Under the pieces are notes generated by a model. That model did not search any database. It had not been told where the DNA came from and was given only the letters and a program-made list of their open reading frames with translations. DNA of 64,000 bases, taken from NCBI RefSeq assembly GCF_044647545.1, contig NZ_CP172818.1, one strand, 5' to 3'. The translations under genes and the position numbers were made by a program. The stretch is from Escherichia coli. Its GTDB lineage: Bacteria; Pseudomonadota; Gammaproteobacteria; Enterobacterales; Enterobacteriaceae. Of the stretch, positions 29,909 to 39,914 are shown in pieces. Every line of letters begins with the position of its first letter. The stretch's first letter is position 1.

Positions 29909-31342
29909 ATGAAGCAAGGTTTGCAACTCAGGCTTAGCCAACAACTGGCGATGACGCCACAGCTCCAACAGGCAATTCGTCTGTTGCAGTTGTCGACGCT
30001 GGAACTTCAGCAGGAGCTACAGCAGGCGCTGGAGAGTAATCCGCTGCTTGAGCAAATCGACACTCATGAAGAAATCGACACCCGCGAAACGCAAGACAGT
30101 GAAACACTGGACACCGCCGACGCGCTCGAACAAAAAGAGATGCCGGAAGAGCTGCCGCTCGATGCCAGTTGGGACACCATTTACACCGCTGGTACACCAT
30201 CCGGCACCAGCGGTGACTACATTGACGACGAGCTGCCGGTCTATCAGGGCGAAACGACGCAGACCTTGCAGGATTACCTGATGTGGCAGGTCGAGTTGAC
30301 ACCGTTTTCCGACACTGACCGCGCTATTGCTACCTCTATCGTCGATGCCGTTGATGACACTGGTTATCTGACTGTCCCGCTGGAAGATATTCTCGAAAGT
30401 ATGGGCGATGAAGAGATTGACATCGACGAAGTTGAAGCCGTCCTTAAGCGGATCCAACGGTTTGATCCGGTCGGTGTGGCGGCAAAAGATCTGCGTGACT
30501 GCCTGCTGATCCAACTCTCCCAATTCGATAAAACCACGCCGTGGCTGGAAGAGGCCAGACTGATTATTAGCGATCATCTCGATCTGTTAGCCAATCACGA
30601 CTTCCGCACTTTAATGCGCGTCACGCGTCTGAAAGAAGATGTGCTGAAAGAAGCCGTCAATCTGATCCAGTCGCTCGATCCGCGCCCCGGGCAGTCGATC
30701 CAGACTGGCGAACCTGAGTATGTCATTCCAGATGTGCTGGTGCGTAAGCATAACGGTCACTGGACGGTAGAACTCAACAGTGACAGCATTCCGCGTCTGC
30801 AAATCAACCAGCACTACGCCTCGATGTGCAATAACGCGCGCAACGATGGTGACAGCCAGTTTATCCGCAGCAATCTGCAGGATGCCAAATGGTTGATCAA
30901 GAGTCTGGAAAGCCGTAACGATACGCTACTGCGCGTGAGTCGCTGTATCGTTGAACAGCAGCAAGCCTTCTTTGAGCAAGGTGAAGAATATATGAAACCG
31001 ATGGTACTGGCCGATATCGCCCAGGCTGTCGAAATGCATGAATCGACGATATCTCGCGTGACCACGCAAAAATACCTGCATAGTCCACGAGGCATTTTTG
31101 AACTGAAGTATTTCTTTTCCAGTCACGTCAATACCGAGGGCGGCGGCGAAGCTTCCTCCACGGCGATTCGTGCGCTGGTGAAGAAATTAATCGCGGCGGA
31201 AAACCCAGCGAAACCGTTGAGCGACAGCAAGTTAACCTCTTTGCTGTCGGAACAAGGTATCATGGTGGCACGCCGCACTGTTGCGAAGTACCGAGAGTCT
31301 TTATCCATTCCGCCGTCAAACCAGCGTAAACAGCTCGTTTGA
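29909..31342 (+). CDS. rpoN: RNA polymerase sigma-54 factor
   Basis: 477-aa [52 protein letters not shown]... with C-terminal RpoN box [10 protein letters not shown]. Confidence 0.95.
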   Translation: MKQGLQLRLSQQLAMTPQLQQAIRLLQLSTLELQQELQQALESNPLLEQIDTHEEIDTRETQDSETLDTADALEQKEMPEELPLDASWDTIYTAGTPSGTSGDYIDDELPVYQGETTQTLQDYLMWQVELTPFSDTDRAIATSIVDAVDDTGYLTVPLEDILESMGDEEIDIDEVEAVLKRIQRFDPVGVAAKDLRDCLLIQLSQFDKTTPWLEEARLIISDHLDLLANHDFRTLMRVTRLKEDVLKEAVNLIQSLDPRPGQSIQTGEPEYVIPDVLVRKHNGHWTVELNSDSIPRLQINQHYASMCNNARNDGDSQFIRSNLQDAKWLIKSLESRNDTLLRVSRCIVEQQQAFFEQGEEYMKPMVLADIAQAVEMHESTISRVTTQKYLHSPRGIFELKYFFSSHVNTEGGGEASSTAIRALVKKLIAAENPAKPLSDSKLTSLLSEQGIMVARRTVAKYRESLSIPPSNQRKQLV

Positions 31343-31364
31343 CCCAACCGATAAGGAAGACACT

Positions 31365-31652
31365 ATGCAGCTCAACATTACCGGAAATAACGTCGAGATC
31401 ACCGAGGCACTGCGCGAATTTGTTACAGCCAAATTTGCCAAACTTGAGCAATATTTTGACCGAATCAACCAGGTCTATGTTGTTCTGAAAGTGGAGAAAG
31501 TCACCCACACCTCAGATGCAACACTGCATGTAAACGGTGGTGAAATTCATGCCAGCGCGGAAGGTCAGGACATGTACGCTGCCATTGATGGCTTAATTGA
31601 TAAGCTGGCACGCCAGTTGACCAAACATAAAGATAAACTGAAACAACACTAA
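31365..31652 (+). CDS. hpf: Ribosome hibernation promoting factor
   Basis: ORF contains MQLNITGNNVEITEALREFVTAKFAKLEQYFDRINQVYVVLKVEKVTHTSDATLHVNGGEIHASAEGQDMYAAIDGLIDKLARQLTKHKDKLKQH; start at ATG 31365 (95 aa). Confidence 0.9.
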   Translation: MQLNITGNNVEITEALREFVTAKFAKLEQYFDRINQVYVVLKVEKVTHTSDATLHVNGGEIHASAEGQDMYAAIDGLIDKLARQLTKHKDKLKQH

Positions 31653-31769
31653 TTGTCCGGGCAATTAGCATGTGCATGGCGGCCTGTTGTGCGGCACAAC
31701 GGGCCATTTGTACGGTTAATGCTCCGAGCCTGTTCCACTGTTTGAGTGGGCAGGTTCTTAGGTGAAATT

Positions 31770-32261
31770 ATGACAAATAATGATACAACTCTACAGCTTA
31801 GCAGTGTTCTTAACAGGGAATGTACGCGAAGCCGCGTCCACTGTCAGAGCAAAAAACGCGCCCTGGAAATCATCAGCGAGCTGGCGGCGAAACAACTTAG
31901 CCTGCCGCCTCAGGTGGTTTTTGAAGCTATCCTGACGCGGGAAAAAATGGGCAGTACCGGTATCGGCAATGGTATTGCCATTCCGCATGGCAAACTGGAA
32001 GAAGATACTCTGCGTGCCGTTGGCGTTTTCGTTCAGCTCGAAACGCCTATAGCTTTCGATGCCATCGACAACCAACCGGTGGATTTACTTTTTGCCCTGC
32101 TGGTGCCGGCAGACCAAACTAAAACGCACCTGCATACTCTGTCACTGGTGGCGAAACGTCTGGCGGACAAAACCATCTGCCGCCGTTTACGCGCAGCCCA
32201 GAGCGATGAAGAGCTGTATCAAATCATTACGGATACCGAAGGTACTCCGGATGAAGCGTAG
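31770..32261 (+). CDS. ptsN: Nitrogen-related PTS EIIA-Ntr protein PtsN
   Basis: ORF ...MTNNDTTLQLSSVLNRECTRSRVHCQSKKRALEIISELAAKQLSLPPQVVFEAILTREKMGSTGIGNGIAIPHGKLEED...; start moved to MTNND (163 aa). Confidence 0.9.
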   Translation: MTNNDTTLQLSSVLNRECTRSRVHCQSKKRALEIISELAAKQLSLPPQVVFEAILTREKMGSTGIGNGIAIPHGKLEEDTLRAVGVFVQLETPIAFDAIDNQPVDLLFALLVPADQTKTHLHTLSLVAKRLADKTICRRLRAAQSDEELYQIITDTEGTPDEA

Positions 32262-32306
32262 TTATTCGGTAATGTCTCTTTTAGACGTTGTGAGGAGAAA
32301 CAGTAC

Positions 32307-33161
32307 ATGGTACTGATGATCGTCAGCGGACGTTCAGGTTCAGGTAAATCTGTCGCCCTGCGTGCGCTGGAAGATATGGGTTTTTACTGCGTGGATAACC
32401 TTCCCGTAGTGTTGTTACCCGATCTGGCTCGAACTCTGGCCGATCGCGAGATTTCTGCCGCCGTCAGCATTGATGTTCGTAATATGCCGGAGTCACCAGA
32501 AATATTCGAACAGGCGATGAGTAACCTGCCTGACGCTTTCTCACCGCAACTACTGTTCCTGGATGCCGACCGTAATACCTTAATTCGTCGTTACAGTGAC
32601 ACGCGCCGACTGCATCCGCTTTCCAGCAAAAACCTGTCGCTGGAAAGTGCTATCGACAAAGAAAGCGATTTGCTGGAGCCTCTGCGTTCGCGAGCGGATC
32701 TGATTGTCGATACCTCAGAAATGTCCGTTCACGAGCTGGCTGAAATGCTGCGTACCCGTCTGCTGGGTAAACGTGAACGCGAACTGACCATGGTCTTTGA
32801 GTCTTTTGGCTTCAAACACGGTATCCCTATCGATGCAGATTACGTCTTTGACGTGCGCTTCTTGCCGAACCCGCACTGGGATCCGAAACTGCGTCCAATG
32901 ACAGGTCTGGATAAGCCTGTCGCCGCGTTCCTCGACCGCCACACAGAAGTACACAATTTTATCTACCAGACGCGAAGCTATCTTGAGCTATGGTTACCTA
33001 TGCTGGAAACCAACAACCGTAGCTACCTGACGGTCGCCATTGGTTGTACCGGCGGGAAGCACCGTTCGGTGTATATTGCAGAGCAACTGGCAGACTACTT
33101 CCGCTCGCGCGGTAAAAACGTCCAGTCACGCCATCGTACGCTGGAAAAACGCAAACCATGA
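32307..33161 (+). CDS. rapZ: RNase adapter protein RapZ (YhbJ)
   Basis: 284-aa [75 protein letters not shown]... with P-loop GRSGSGKS. Confidence 0.9.
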
Positions 33162-33430
33162 CCGTCAAGCAAACTGTTGAAATCACAAACAAGCTGGGCA
33201 TGCATGCCCGGCCTGCAATGAAGCTGTTTGAATTAATGCAAGGTTTTGACGCTGAAGTGCTGTTACGTAATGACGAAGGCACCGAGGCTGAAGCCAACAG
33301 CGTTATTGCACTGCTGATGCTGGATTCTGCCAAAGGACGGCAGATTGAAGTTGAAGCGACCGGTCCGCAGGAAGAGGAAGCACTGGCCGCCGTTATCGCC
33401 CTCTTTAACTCTGGTTTTGATGAAGATTAA
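33158..33430 (+). CDS. npr: Phosphocarrier protein NPr (HPr paralog of the nitrogen PTS)
   Basis: 90-aa [93 protein letters not shown]; overlaps rapZ stop by 4 nt. Confidence 0.9.
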
Positions 33431-33575
33431 TCTTCATCACTTTGACATTCAAATCCCTTCAAGCTCCCCCGGCAATAAGAAAAGCGCGTACTGAAATCGT
33501 TATCAATCAACGTCAATTGTACATTTCGTGCGCTTTTTACTTTCAGAAGAACCTTAAGAAAACCTTAAGAAGCAT

Positions 33576-33592
33576 TGTTTAGATTTCGTTTA
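33576..33592 (+). promoter_or_regulatory. Candidate PhoP box (direct hexamer repeat TGTTTA-5nt-CGTTTA) upstream of yrbL
   Basis: tgtttagatttcgttta lies 51-67 bp upstream of the yrbL ATG; matches the (T/G)GTTTA-N5-(T/G)GTTTA PhoP-binding architecture. Confidence 0.4.
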
Positions 33593-33642
33593 AGTTAATC
33601 GACCATACTGGAGATCGTCAGAAAATATTTCCAGGAGATGGC

Positions 33643-34275
33643 ATGATTCGCTTATCTGAACAAAGTCCCCTGGGCACCGGAAGACATCGGAAATGTTATG
33701 CGCATCCGGAAGATGCCCAACGCTGTATCAAGATTGTCTACCATCGTGGCGATGGTGGCGATAAAGAGATCCGCCGTGAGTTAAAGTACTACGCGCATCT
33801 TGGTCGTCGGTTAAAAGACTGGAGTGGAATACCGCGCTATCACGGTACCGTTGAGACGGATTGCGGAACCGGTTATGTCTACGATGTGATTGCAGATTTT
33901 GACGGCAAACCCTCCATTACGCTGACCGAATTTGCTGAACAATGCCGTTACGAAGAAGACATTGCACAACTGCGCCAGATACTGAAACAGCTGAAGCGTT
34001 ATTTGCAGGATAACCGTATCGTGACGATGTCGCTGAAGCCGCAGAATATCCTCTGTCACCGCATCAGTGAGTCAGAGGTTATCCCCGTCGTCTGCGACAA
34101 CATTGGTGAAAGCACATTGATTCCACTGGCGACCTGGTCGAAGTGGTGTTGTCTGCGTAAGCAAGAGCGGTTATGGAAACGATTTATCGCCCAACCGGCG
34201 CTGACTATTGCCCTGCAGAAAGATCTGCAACCTCGTGAAAGCAAAACGCTGACCCTCACTTCGCGCGAAGCTTAA
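33643..34275 (+). CDS. yrbL: PhoP regulon protein YrbL (Mg2+-starvation induced)
   Basis: 210-aa [92 protein letters not shown]... Confidence 0.8.
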   Translation: MIRLSEQSPLGTGRHRKCYAHPEDAQRCIKIVYHRGDGGDKEIRRELKYYAHLGRRLKDWSGIPRYHGTVETDCGTGYVYDVIADFDGKPSITLTEFAEQCRYEEDIAQLRQILKQLKRYLQDNRIVTMSLKPQNILCHRISESEVIPVVCDNIGESTLIPLATWSKWCCLRKQERLWKRFIAQPALTIALQKDLQPRESKTLTLTSREA

Positions 34276-35000
34276 TCCAGCTGGTGTTGTTGCATAAACG
34301 ACTCACCGCCTAACTGATACATCTGCCGTAAAATCCACGCCTGACGGCTACGCACGTAGCCCGATGGCGCGGAGACTTTGAAACGAAGTGGATTAGGTAA
34401 TACAGCTGCCAGTAATGCAGCTTCCGACCGGGTAAGCTTGCTCGCGGGTTTGTGGAAATAACGTTGTGCCGCAGCTTCGACGCCAAACACACCGTCGCCA
34501 AATTCGGCGATATTCAGGTAAACCGTCAGGATACGCTTTTTGCTCCAGACCGTTTCTATCCCCAGCGTTAATCCAGCTTCCAGCCCTTTTCGAACCCAGC
34601 TACGCCCATCCCATAAAAAGAGATTTTTGGCAGTCTGCTGAGAAATCGTTGAAGCACCGCGAATACGGTTTTCATTGCGCTCGTTGTGCGCCAGGGCTTT
34701 CTCAATGGAAGCGACATCAAAGCCCCAGTGCTCAGGAAATGTCTGATCTTCTGCGGCAATCACCGCCAGTCCCATCCACGGCGAGATTTGATCCATACTG
34801 ACCCAGTCAGAATGTGCCACGTAACGAAAATTGCCATGCAGCCAGGCGCTGACCTGTCGCTCGACCATTACCGCTGAGAAAGGAACAGGCGCAACGCTAA
34901 ACAACGCGATGCCCCCGCCCCAAAAAACGGCGAGGACAACCATTAACCGCAAAAGAAAACGGCGAACGAAACTAAACACCGTTAAGCGGCTTTTACTCAT
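34272..35000 (-). CDS. mtgA: Monofunctional peptidoglycan glycosyltransferase MtgA
   Basis: 242-aa ORF with N-terminal TM segment and transglycosylase motifs ...[16 protein letters not shown]... and [13 protein letters not shown]... Confidence 0.9.
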   Translation of the reverse strand: MSKSRLTVFSFVRRFLLRLMVVLAVFWGGGIALFSVAPVPFSAVMVERQVSAWLHGNFRYVAHSDWVSMDQISPWMGLAVIAAEDQTFPEHWGFDVASIEKALAHNERNENRIRGASTISQQTAKNLFLWDGRSWVRKGLEAGLTLGIETVWSKKRILTVYLNIAEFGDGVFGVEAAAQRYFHKPASKLTRSEAALLAAVLPNPLRFKVSAPSGYVRSRQAWILRQMYQLGGESFMQQHQLD

Positions 35001-35650
35001 TCAGCCAGAACCAGCACGCGGGAAACCAGCTTATCAATGCCGCTCGCCGCTTCTGCAATGTTCTGCGCCAGCATATATGCCGGGGTGGTGACAATCTTAT
35101 TGTCTTCATCAACCACGATATCATCGACAGGACACGGCACATGCTCCGCGCCCATCTCTTCCAGCACTTCTGCGGTATCAATATCAGTACCGATGGTCAA
35201 ACGCAGCGGGAAATCGAAAATTTTCGGCAGCATCGCCGGGGCAATACACATAAAACCAAGCGGTTTTCCGGCCTGATGCATCGCTTGTGCCAGCGCCTTT
35301 AATTCACGGTCAACGGTGCATTCGCGACCAAGACTGGCAAAATTGCTTAAATTCTTCGCCGCGCCAAACCCCCCCGGCACAATCAACGCATCCAGTTCAG
35401 CGGCATCGGCCTGGGCCAGAGGACGGATTTCACCGCGCGTTATTCGTGCCGCTTCAATCAGCACATTGCGCGTTTCCGTCATCGCTTCGCCCGTTAAATG
35501 GTTGATAACATCAACCTGCTGCTTATCCGGTGCAAAGCAGACCGCCTGCGCACCGCTGCGTGAAATAGCTAACAACGTCAACACCGCTTCATGAATTTCA
35601 GAACCGTCATAAACGCCGCATCCGCTCAGAATTACGCCAATTTTCTTCAT
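34997..35650 (-). CDS. elbB: DJ-1/PfpI-family glyoxalase-like protein ElbB
   Basis: ORF ...[78 protein letters not shown]...; start moved to MKKIGV (217 aa); overlaps mtgA start. Confidence 0.85.
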   Translation of the reverse strand: MKKIGVILSGCGVYDGSEIHEAVLTLLAISRSGAQAVCFAPDKQQVDVINHLTGEAMTETRNVLIEAARITRGEIRPLAQADAAELDALIVPGGFGAAKNLSNFASLGRECTVDRELKALAQAMHQAGKPLGFMCIAPAMLPKIFDFPLRLTIGTDIDTAEVLEEMGAEHVPCPVDDIVVDEDNKIVTTPAYMLAQNIAEAASGIDKLVSRVLVLAE

Positions 35651-35767
35651 TGTGATCATCCTTTCGCAATTGACTGAAACACATTAATTTTTTTAATAAA
35701 AATGCTACGCATCACACATTTAACTGATTCATGTAACAAATCATTTAAGTTTTGCTATCTTAACTGC

Positions 35768-35888
35768 GTGCGGCCTGAAAAACAGTGCTGTGCCCTTGTA
35801 ACTCATCATAATAATTTACGGCGCAGCCAAGATTTCCCTGGTGTTGGCGCAGTATTCGCGCACCCCGGTCTAGCCGGGGTCATTTTTT
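35768..35888 (+). ncRNA. arcZ: ArcZ (RyhA/SraH) Hfq-dependent sRNA, convergent with and overlapping the arcB 3' end
   Basis: Sequence GTGCGGCCTGAAAAACAGTGCTGTGCCCTTGTAACTCATCATAATAATTTACGGCGCAGCCAAGATTTCCCTGGTGTTGGCGCAGTATTCGCGCACCCCGGTCTAGCCGGGGTCATTTTTT, ending in a hairpin plus T-run. Confidence 0.8.
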
Positions 35889-38216
35889 AGTGGCTTTTGC
35901 CACCCACGCTTTCAGTACTTCTACGTCGTGACGCCACTCTTCTTTCATCTCTTCAATCCATTCACCGACGTTATCTTCCCAGGCGGGAAGGTCAGGAGAC
36001 TGAATTTGCTGACCCAGCTGTTGCAGATGGCGTAACCCCACTGACCCCGCCGCACCTTTAATTTTATGTCCTTCCTCAACAATGCCTTTTTTATCCTGCG
36101 CCGTCAGATTCGACTCCAGCACGCTGACATAGCCCGGCATCATCTTCTCAAACACCGCTAACCCGTCGGTGATCAGCTTCGGTCCTACAAGTTCGAGATA
36201 CTGTTCCAGCATGGGAATATCGAGCAATGCTTCTGATTTACTGTTCTCTTCTGTCGTCACCGTACTTTCCTCATCATCCTGGGTATCCCAGAATTTCTTG
36301 ATCATCGCGGTTAGCGCCGGAACAGAAAGCGGCTTACTCAGCACATCATCCATTCCAGCATTGAGGTACTCTTGTTTGTCTTTCAGCACGTTAGCGGTTA
36401 AGGCCACCAGCGGTGGTAAATCCTCGCGCGGATAACGCTTCGTCAGTTCACGAGAGATATCCAGCCCGGTCATATCTGGCAACTGAATATCCAGCAACAC
36501 CAGGTCGTATTCGCCCGGTTTAAACATCTCCAGCGCCGCCTTGCCGGTCATGGCGACATCAACGCTGTTACCTAATTTTTCCAGCACAGAGCGTGCGACA
36601 ATCACGTTCAGTTCAATGTCTTCCACCAGCAGCACATTCAGCGCCGGTAAAGGCATATCGTCTTCATCAAACGCATCATCAACCTCTTCTGCTACCGACG
36701 GTGCGTGGATCGTCAACGTAAAGGTTGAACCTTTGCCCTGTTCGCTGGTAACCGTAATATCGCCGCCCATATTTTTCGCCAGACGACGAGAAACGGCCAG
36801 ACCAATACCGGTGCCGGTGGCAGGTTTACCGCCATGACTGTCTTTCACCTGGTAATACATGGCGAAGATTTTATCCAGCTCATCCTGCGGAATGCCGATA
36901 CCAGAGTCTTCCACTTCAAAATGCAGCATATCGCCTTCATCGTAGCGCACGCGCACGGTAACCTGGCCTTGCTGGGTGAATTTGACGGCGTTACTGATGA
37001 GGTTCCACAGGATCTGCCGTAAACGCGTCCCGTCGGTAATGACCTGATGCGGTAATGGCAGCGTCGGCTCCAGATTAAAGCGCAATCCTTTTTGTTGCGC
37101 CTGCAAGGCGGAGAGATTTTCCAGATCGGCAAGGAAGCTGGTGAAATCAACCGGCTGATTATCAAGCTGGACCTTGCGCCGTTCCATCTTATCCATGTCG
37201 ATAATATCGTTGAAGATATTCCCCAGCGTGACGGCCGAAACATGGATGGTTTTGAGGTATTTTTCCTGCTCGGCGGTGAGTTCGGTATCCAGCAGAATGC
37301 GGCTCAGGCCGACGATACCATTCAGCGGTGTACGCAATTCGTGACTGATGGTGGAGATAAACGTCGTTTTGTCGCGGCTGGCCCGTTCAAGCGCATCCTG
37401 ATACCGCTTACGCTCGGTAATGTCGCGACCAAAGCCCATCAAACCGTGACGTTTACCCACGCGGTCGTAGTACGGCACTTTACGGATTTCAAAGCAGGCT
37501 TTGCGCCCGTCCGGGTAATCCAGCCACTGTTCATAGGTCAGTGACACATTATGACGGAACACTTTTTCATCGGTTTCAATGACTTTTGCGGCGGCTTCCG
37601 GTGAGTAAACATCAGCAGGTTTCAGGTGAACCAGTTGTTTTTCGCTTTTTCCGGTCAGCAGCTCCATCGCGCGGTTACAGCCGGAAAACTCTTTATCTTC
37701 GTTACGATAAAAAACCAGGTCGGGTGAAGCATCAAGGAAGGAACGTAAGAATGAGGATTGCTGCTCGAGCTGAATTTGTGTCTCTTCGCGCTCTTTGATT
37801 TCAATTTTCAGTTGGCCGAAGGTTTCCTGCAGTTCTGCTTCCGCTTTTTCACGAACGGCGATTTCCTGATTTAGCTGGGCAATATTATCTTTTAACTGAA
37901 CGTTGAGGCTCAAATCGCGCTCGCGCATCTCCTCCAGTTTTTGCACCAGTCGTGACAGACGTTGCCGTGACTCCTCCAGTTGCTCGACGACCACCGATAG
38001 AAAGTAGACCGCCCACGGCGTAATCAGCAAACCAAAGAAGATAGAACGAATAACATCAATGCTTTCGACCTGACCATGCAGCACCATGGTTACCGCCATT
38101 TGTACCACAATGGCAAGAACGACGAGGGCCAGCGCCAGCAACATTGAGAAGCGCACCAGACCTAACTTCATCATCAGGTCAACATAATACTGCGCCAGCA
38201 GACGAATTTGCTTCAT
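35880..38216 (-). CDS. arcB: Aerobic respiration control sensor histidine kinase ArcB
   Basis: 778-aa ORF MKQIRLLAQYYVDLMMKLGLVRFSMLLALALVVLAIVVQMAV...; HisKA H-box ISHELRTPLNG, receiver domain and C-terminal HPt domain. Confidence 0.95.
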   Translation of the reverse strand: MKQIRLLAQYYVDLMMKLGLVRFSMLLALALVVLAIVVQMAVTMVLHGQVESIDVIRSIFFGLLITPWAVYFLSVVVEQLEESRQRLSRLVQKLEEMRERDLSLNVQLKDNIAQLNQEIAVREKAEAELQETFGQLKIEIKEREETQIQLEQQSSFLRSFLDASPDLVFYRNEDKEFSGCNRAMELLTGKSEKQLVHLKPADVYSPEAAAKVIETDEKVFRHNVSLTYEQWLDYPDGRKACFEIRKVPYYDRVGKRHGLMGFGRDITERKRYQDALERASRDKTTFISTISHELRTPLNGIVGLSRILLDTELTAEQEKYLKTIHVSAVTLGNIFNDIIDMDKMERRKVQLDNQPVDFTSFLADLENLSALQAQQKGLRFNLEPTLPLPHQVITDGTRLRQILWNLISNAVKFTQQGQVTVRVRYDEGDMLHFEVEDSGIGIPQDELDKIFAMYYQVKDSHGGKPATGTGIGLAVSRRLAKNMGGDITVTSEQGKGSTFTLTIHAPSVAEEVDDAFDEDDMPLPALNVLLVEDIELNVIVARSVLEKLGNSVDVAMTGKAALEMFKPGEYDLVLLDIQLPDMTGLDISRELTKRYPREDLPPLVALTANVLKDKQEYLNAGMDDVLSKPLSVPALTAMIKKFWDTQDDEESTVTTEENSKSEALLDIPMLEQYLELVGPKLITDGLAVFEKMMPGYVSVLESNLTAQDKKGIVEEGHKIKGAAGSVGLRHLQQLGQQIQSPDLPAWEDNVGEWIEEMKEEWRHDVEVLKAWVAKATKK

Positions 38217-38311
38217 TAGGGAATTCCTTCACGACAACCTGCCCCAATAATACCCAATTCTGACAGTTACGTTATAAATTGTGTGAGAAATGCGGAATTC
38301 CCCTCAATGGC

Positions 38312-39241
38312 CTACGCCGTTGGAGGTAGCCACGGACGTCCCAGCGCCGATCCCTGTACGCCATGTTCATTCAGATAACGATCCAGCTCGACCATTCCCG
38401 TCCAGCGATTTTCGCACCACAGAGGAGCAAGCAGCGTCGGGCGACGGGCGCTGGCGGAAATGCGGTGGTAGATCACTTCCGGTGGCGTATGGCGAATCAT
38501 TTCTCCGGCAGTGAGCGTGTAATCTTCCAGTTCAATACCGTTCAAACGCCCCGCTTCCCAGGCTTTCGCCATAATGCTGCCTTTCACAATATGCAGCGGA
38601 TGCAGCTTTATGCCGTCCACGCCAGTTTCAACGACTCGCTCCAGCGTTTGCAAACATTCAGCCTGCCCTTCACCAGGCAGGCCGACAATTAAGTGAGAAC
38701 ACACCTTCAGCCCACGCTCACGCGCCAGCTGCGTCGTGCGCTGATAACAGGCAAAATCATGACCGCGATTGATGCGATGCAGCGTTTTGTCGTGGGCGGT
38801 TTGTAGCCCCAGCTCCAGCCACACTTCGTAACCCTGGTCCTTATATTCGCAAAGCAGATCCAGCACCGCATCCGGCACGCAGTCCGGGCGGGTACCAACA
38901 CACAAACCGACAATATTGGCCTGGCTCACCGCCTGCTGATACATAGAACGCAGCACCTGAACTTCCGCAAAGGTGCTGGTATACGCCTGAAAGTAGGCCA
39001 GATAGCGTTTAGCGCGGTTAACTAAATTCGCCTGGTGCGCCAGTTGCTCGGCAATGGAACGATGCTGCTGCGCTTCATCGGCAAACGAGGCCACATTACA
39101 GAATGTGCAGCCACCACGCCCGATGGTACCGTCACGGTTAGGGCAGCTAAAACCGCCGTGCAGCGTCAGCTTATGCACCTTTTGCCCATAACGACGGGTG
39201 AGATCACCACCAAACATATTGACTAATTTCTGTAACTGCAT
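38312..39241 (-). CDS. yhcC: Radical SAM protein YhcC (TIGR01212 family)
   Basis: ORF ...MQLQKLVNMFGGDLTRRYGQKVHKLTLHGGFSCPNRDGTIGRGGCTFCNVASF... with Cx(8-9)CxxC cluster motif; start moved to MQLQK (~309 aa). Confidence 0.8.
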   Translation of the reverse strand: MQLQKLVNMFGGDLTRRYGQKVHKLTLHGGFSCPNRDGTIGRGGCTFCNVASFADEAQQHRSIAEQLAHQANLVNRAKRYLAYFQAYTSTFAEVQVLRSMYQQAVSQANIVGLCVGTRPDCVPDAVLDLLCEYKDQGYEVWLELGLQTAHDKTLHRINRGHDFACYQRTTQLARERGLKVCSHLIVGLPGEGQAECLQTLERVVETGVDGIKLHPLHIVKGSIMAKAWEAGRLNGIELEDYTLTAGEMIRHTPPEVIYHRISASARRPTLLAPLWCENRWTGMVELDRYLNEHGVQGSALGRPWLPPTA

Positions 39242-39274
39242 AATCTGATAGACCGCGCCTTGAAAAGAGGCCAA

Positions 39275-39914
39275 AGCCTGCCATTTTTAGCTCAATTCGG
39301 CGATGACCTGGATCAATCGTCCCGGCCTGCTTTTATCAACTGCATAATCAATCAAAATTACCGAAATTTCATGCACAATCACATAAATCACTTTTGCTTA
39401 TCTTGTGTCAGATTTTTTTATCTCCTTATGGATTTTAGGCAAAAACAGTAGCATGAAACGTTATTACCAATTAAGGCAGTATAAAATGCTGGTTTTCTCG
39501 TCAGTTCAAGGCAGGATAAGGGTTAACACGCCTTTATGACAGTCAGGAATTGACTGTTTCTCTAACGACGCCCTTTTAGCCTTAAATAGAAAATCCACTT
39601 TAATTTCAGACAATTAATAAAGAATTTTGCGCTAAAGCACATTTCTGTACCAATAAGCTTGCCATTTGACCTGTATCAGCTTTCCCGATAAGTTGGAAAT
39701 CCGCTGGAAGCTTTCTGGATGAGCAGCCTGCTCATCATATTTATGCAGTAATTGAGATCCCCTCTTCACCGTATTAACCGATGCGAAAAGGACAACAAGG
39801 GGGCGAATGCGAGGCGCGCGTATGACACGCAAACCCCGTCGCCACGCTCTTACTGTGCCCGTGCGCAGCGGTTCGGAAGTGGGGTTCCCGCAGAGCCTGG
39901 GGGAGGTTCACGAT
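39275..39914 (+). promoter_or_regulatory. Long AT-rich gltBD promoter/leader region
   Basis: About 640 bp non-coding upstream of the gltB start, AT-rich with A/T tracts; position matches the multi-regulator gltBDF promoter of E. coli; individual sites not resolved by eye. Confidence 0.45.
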
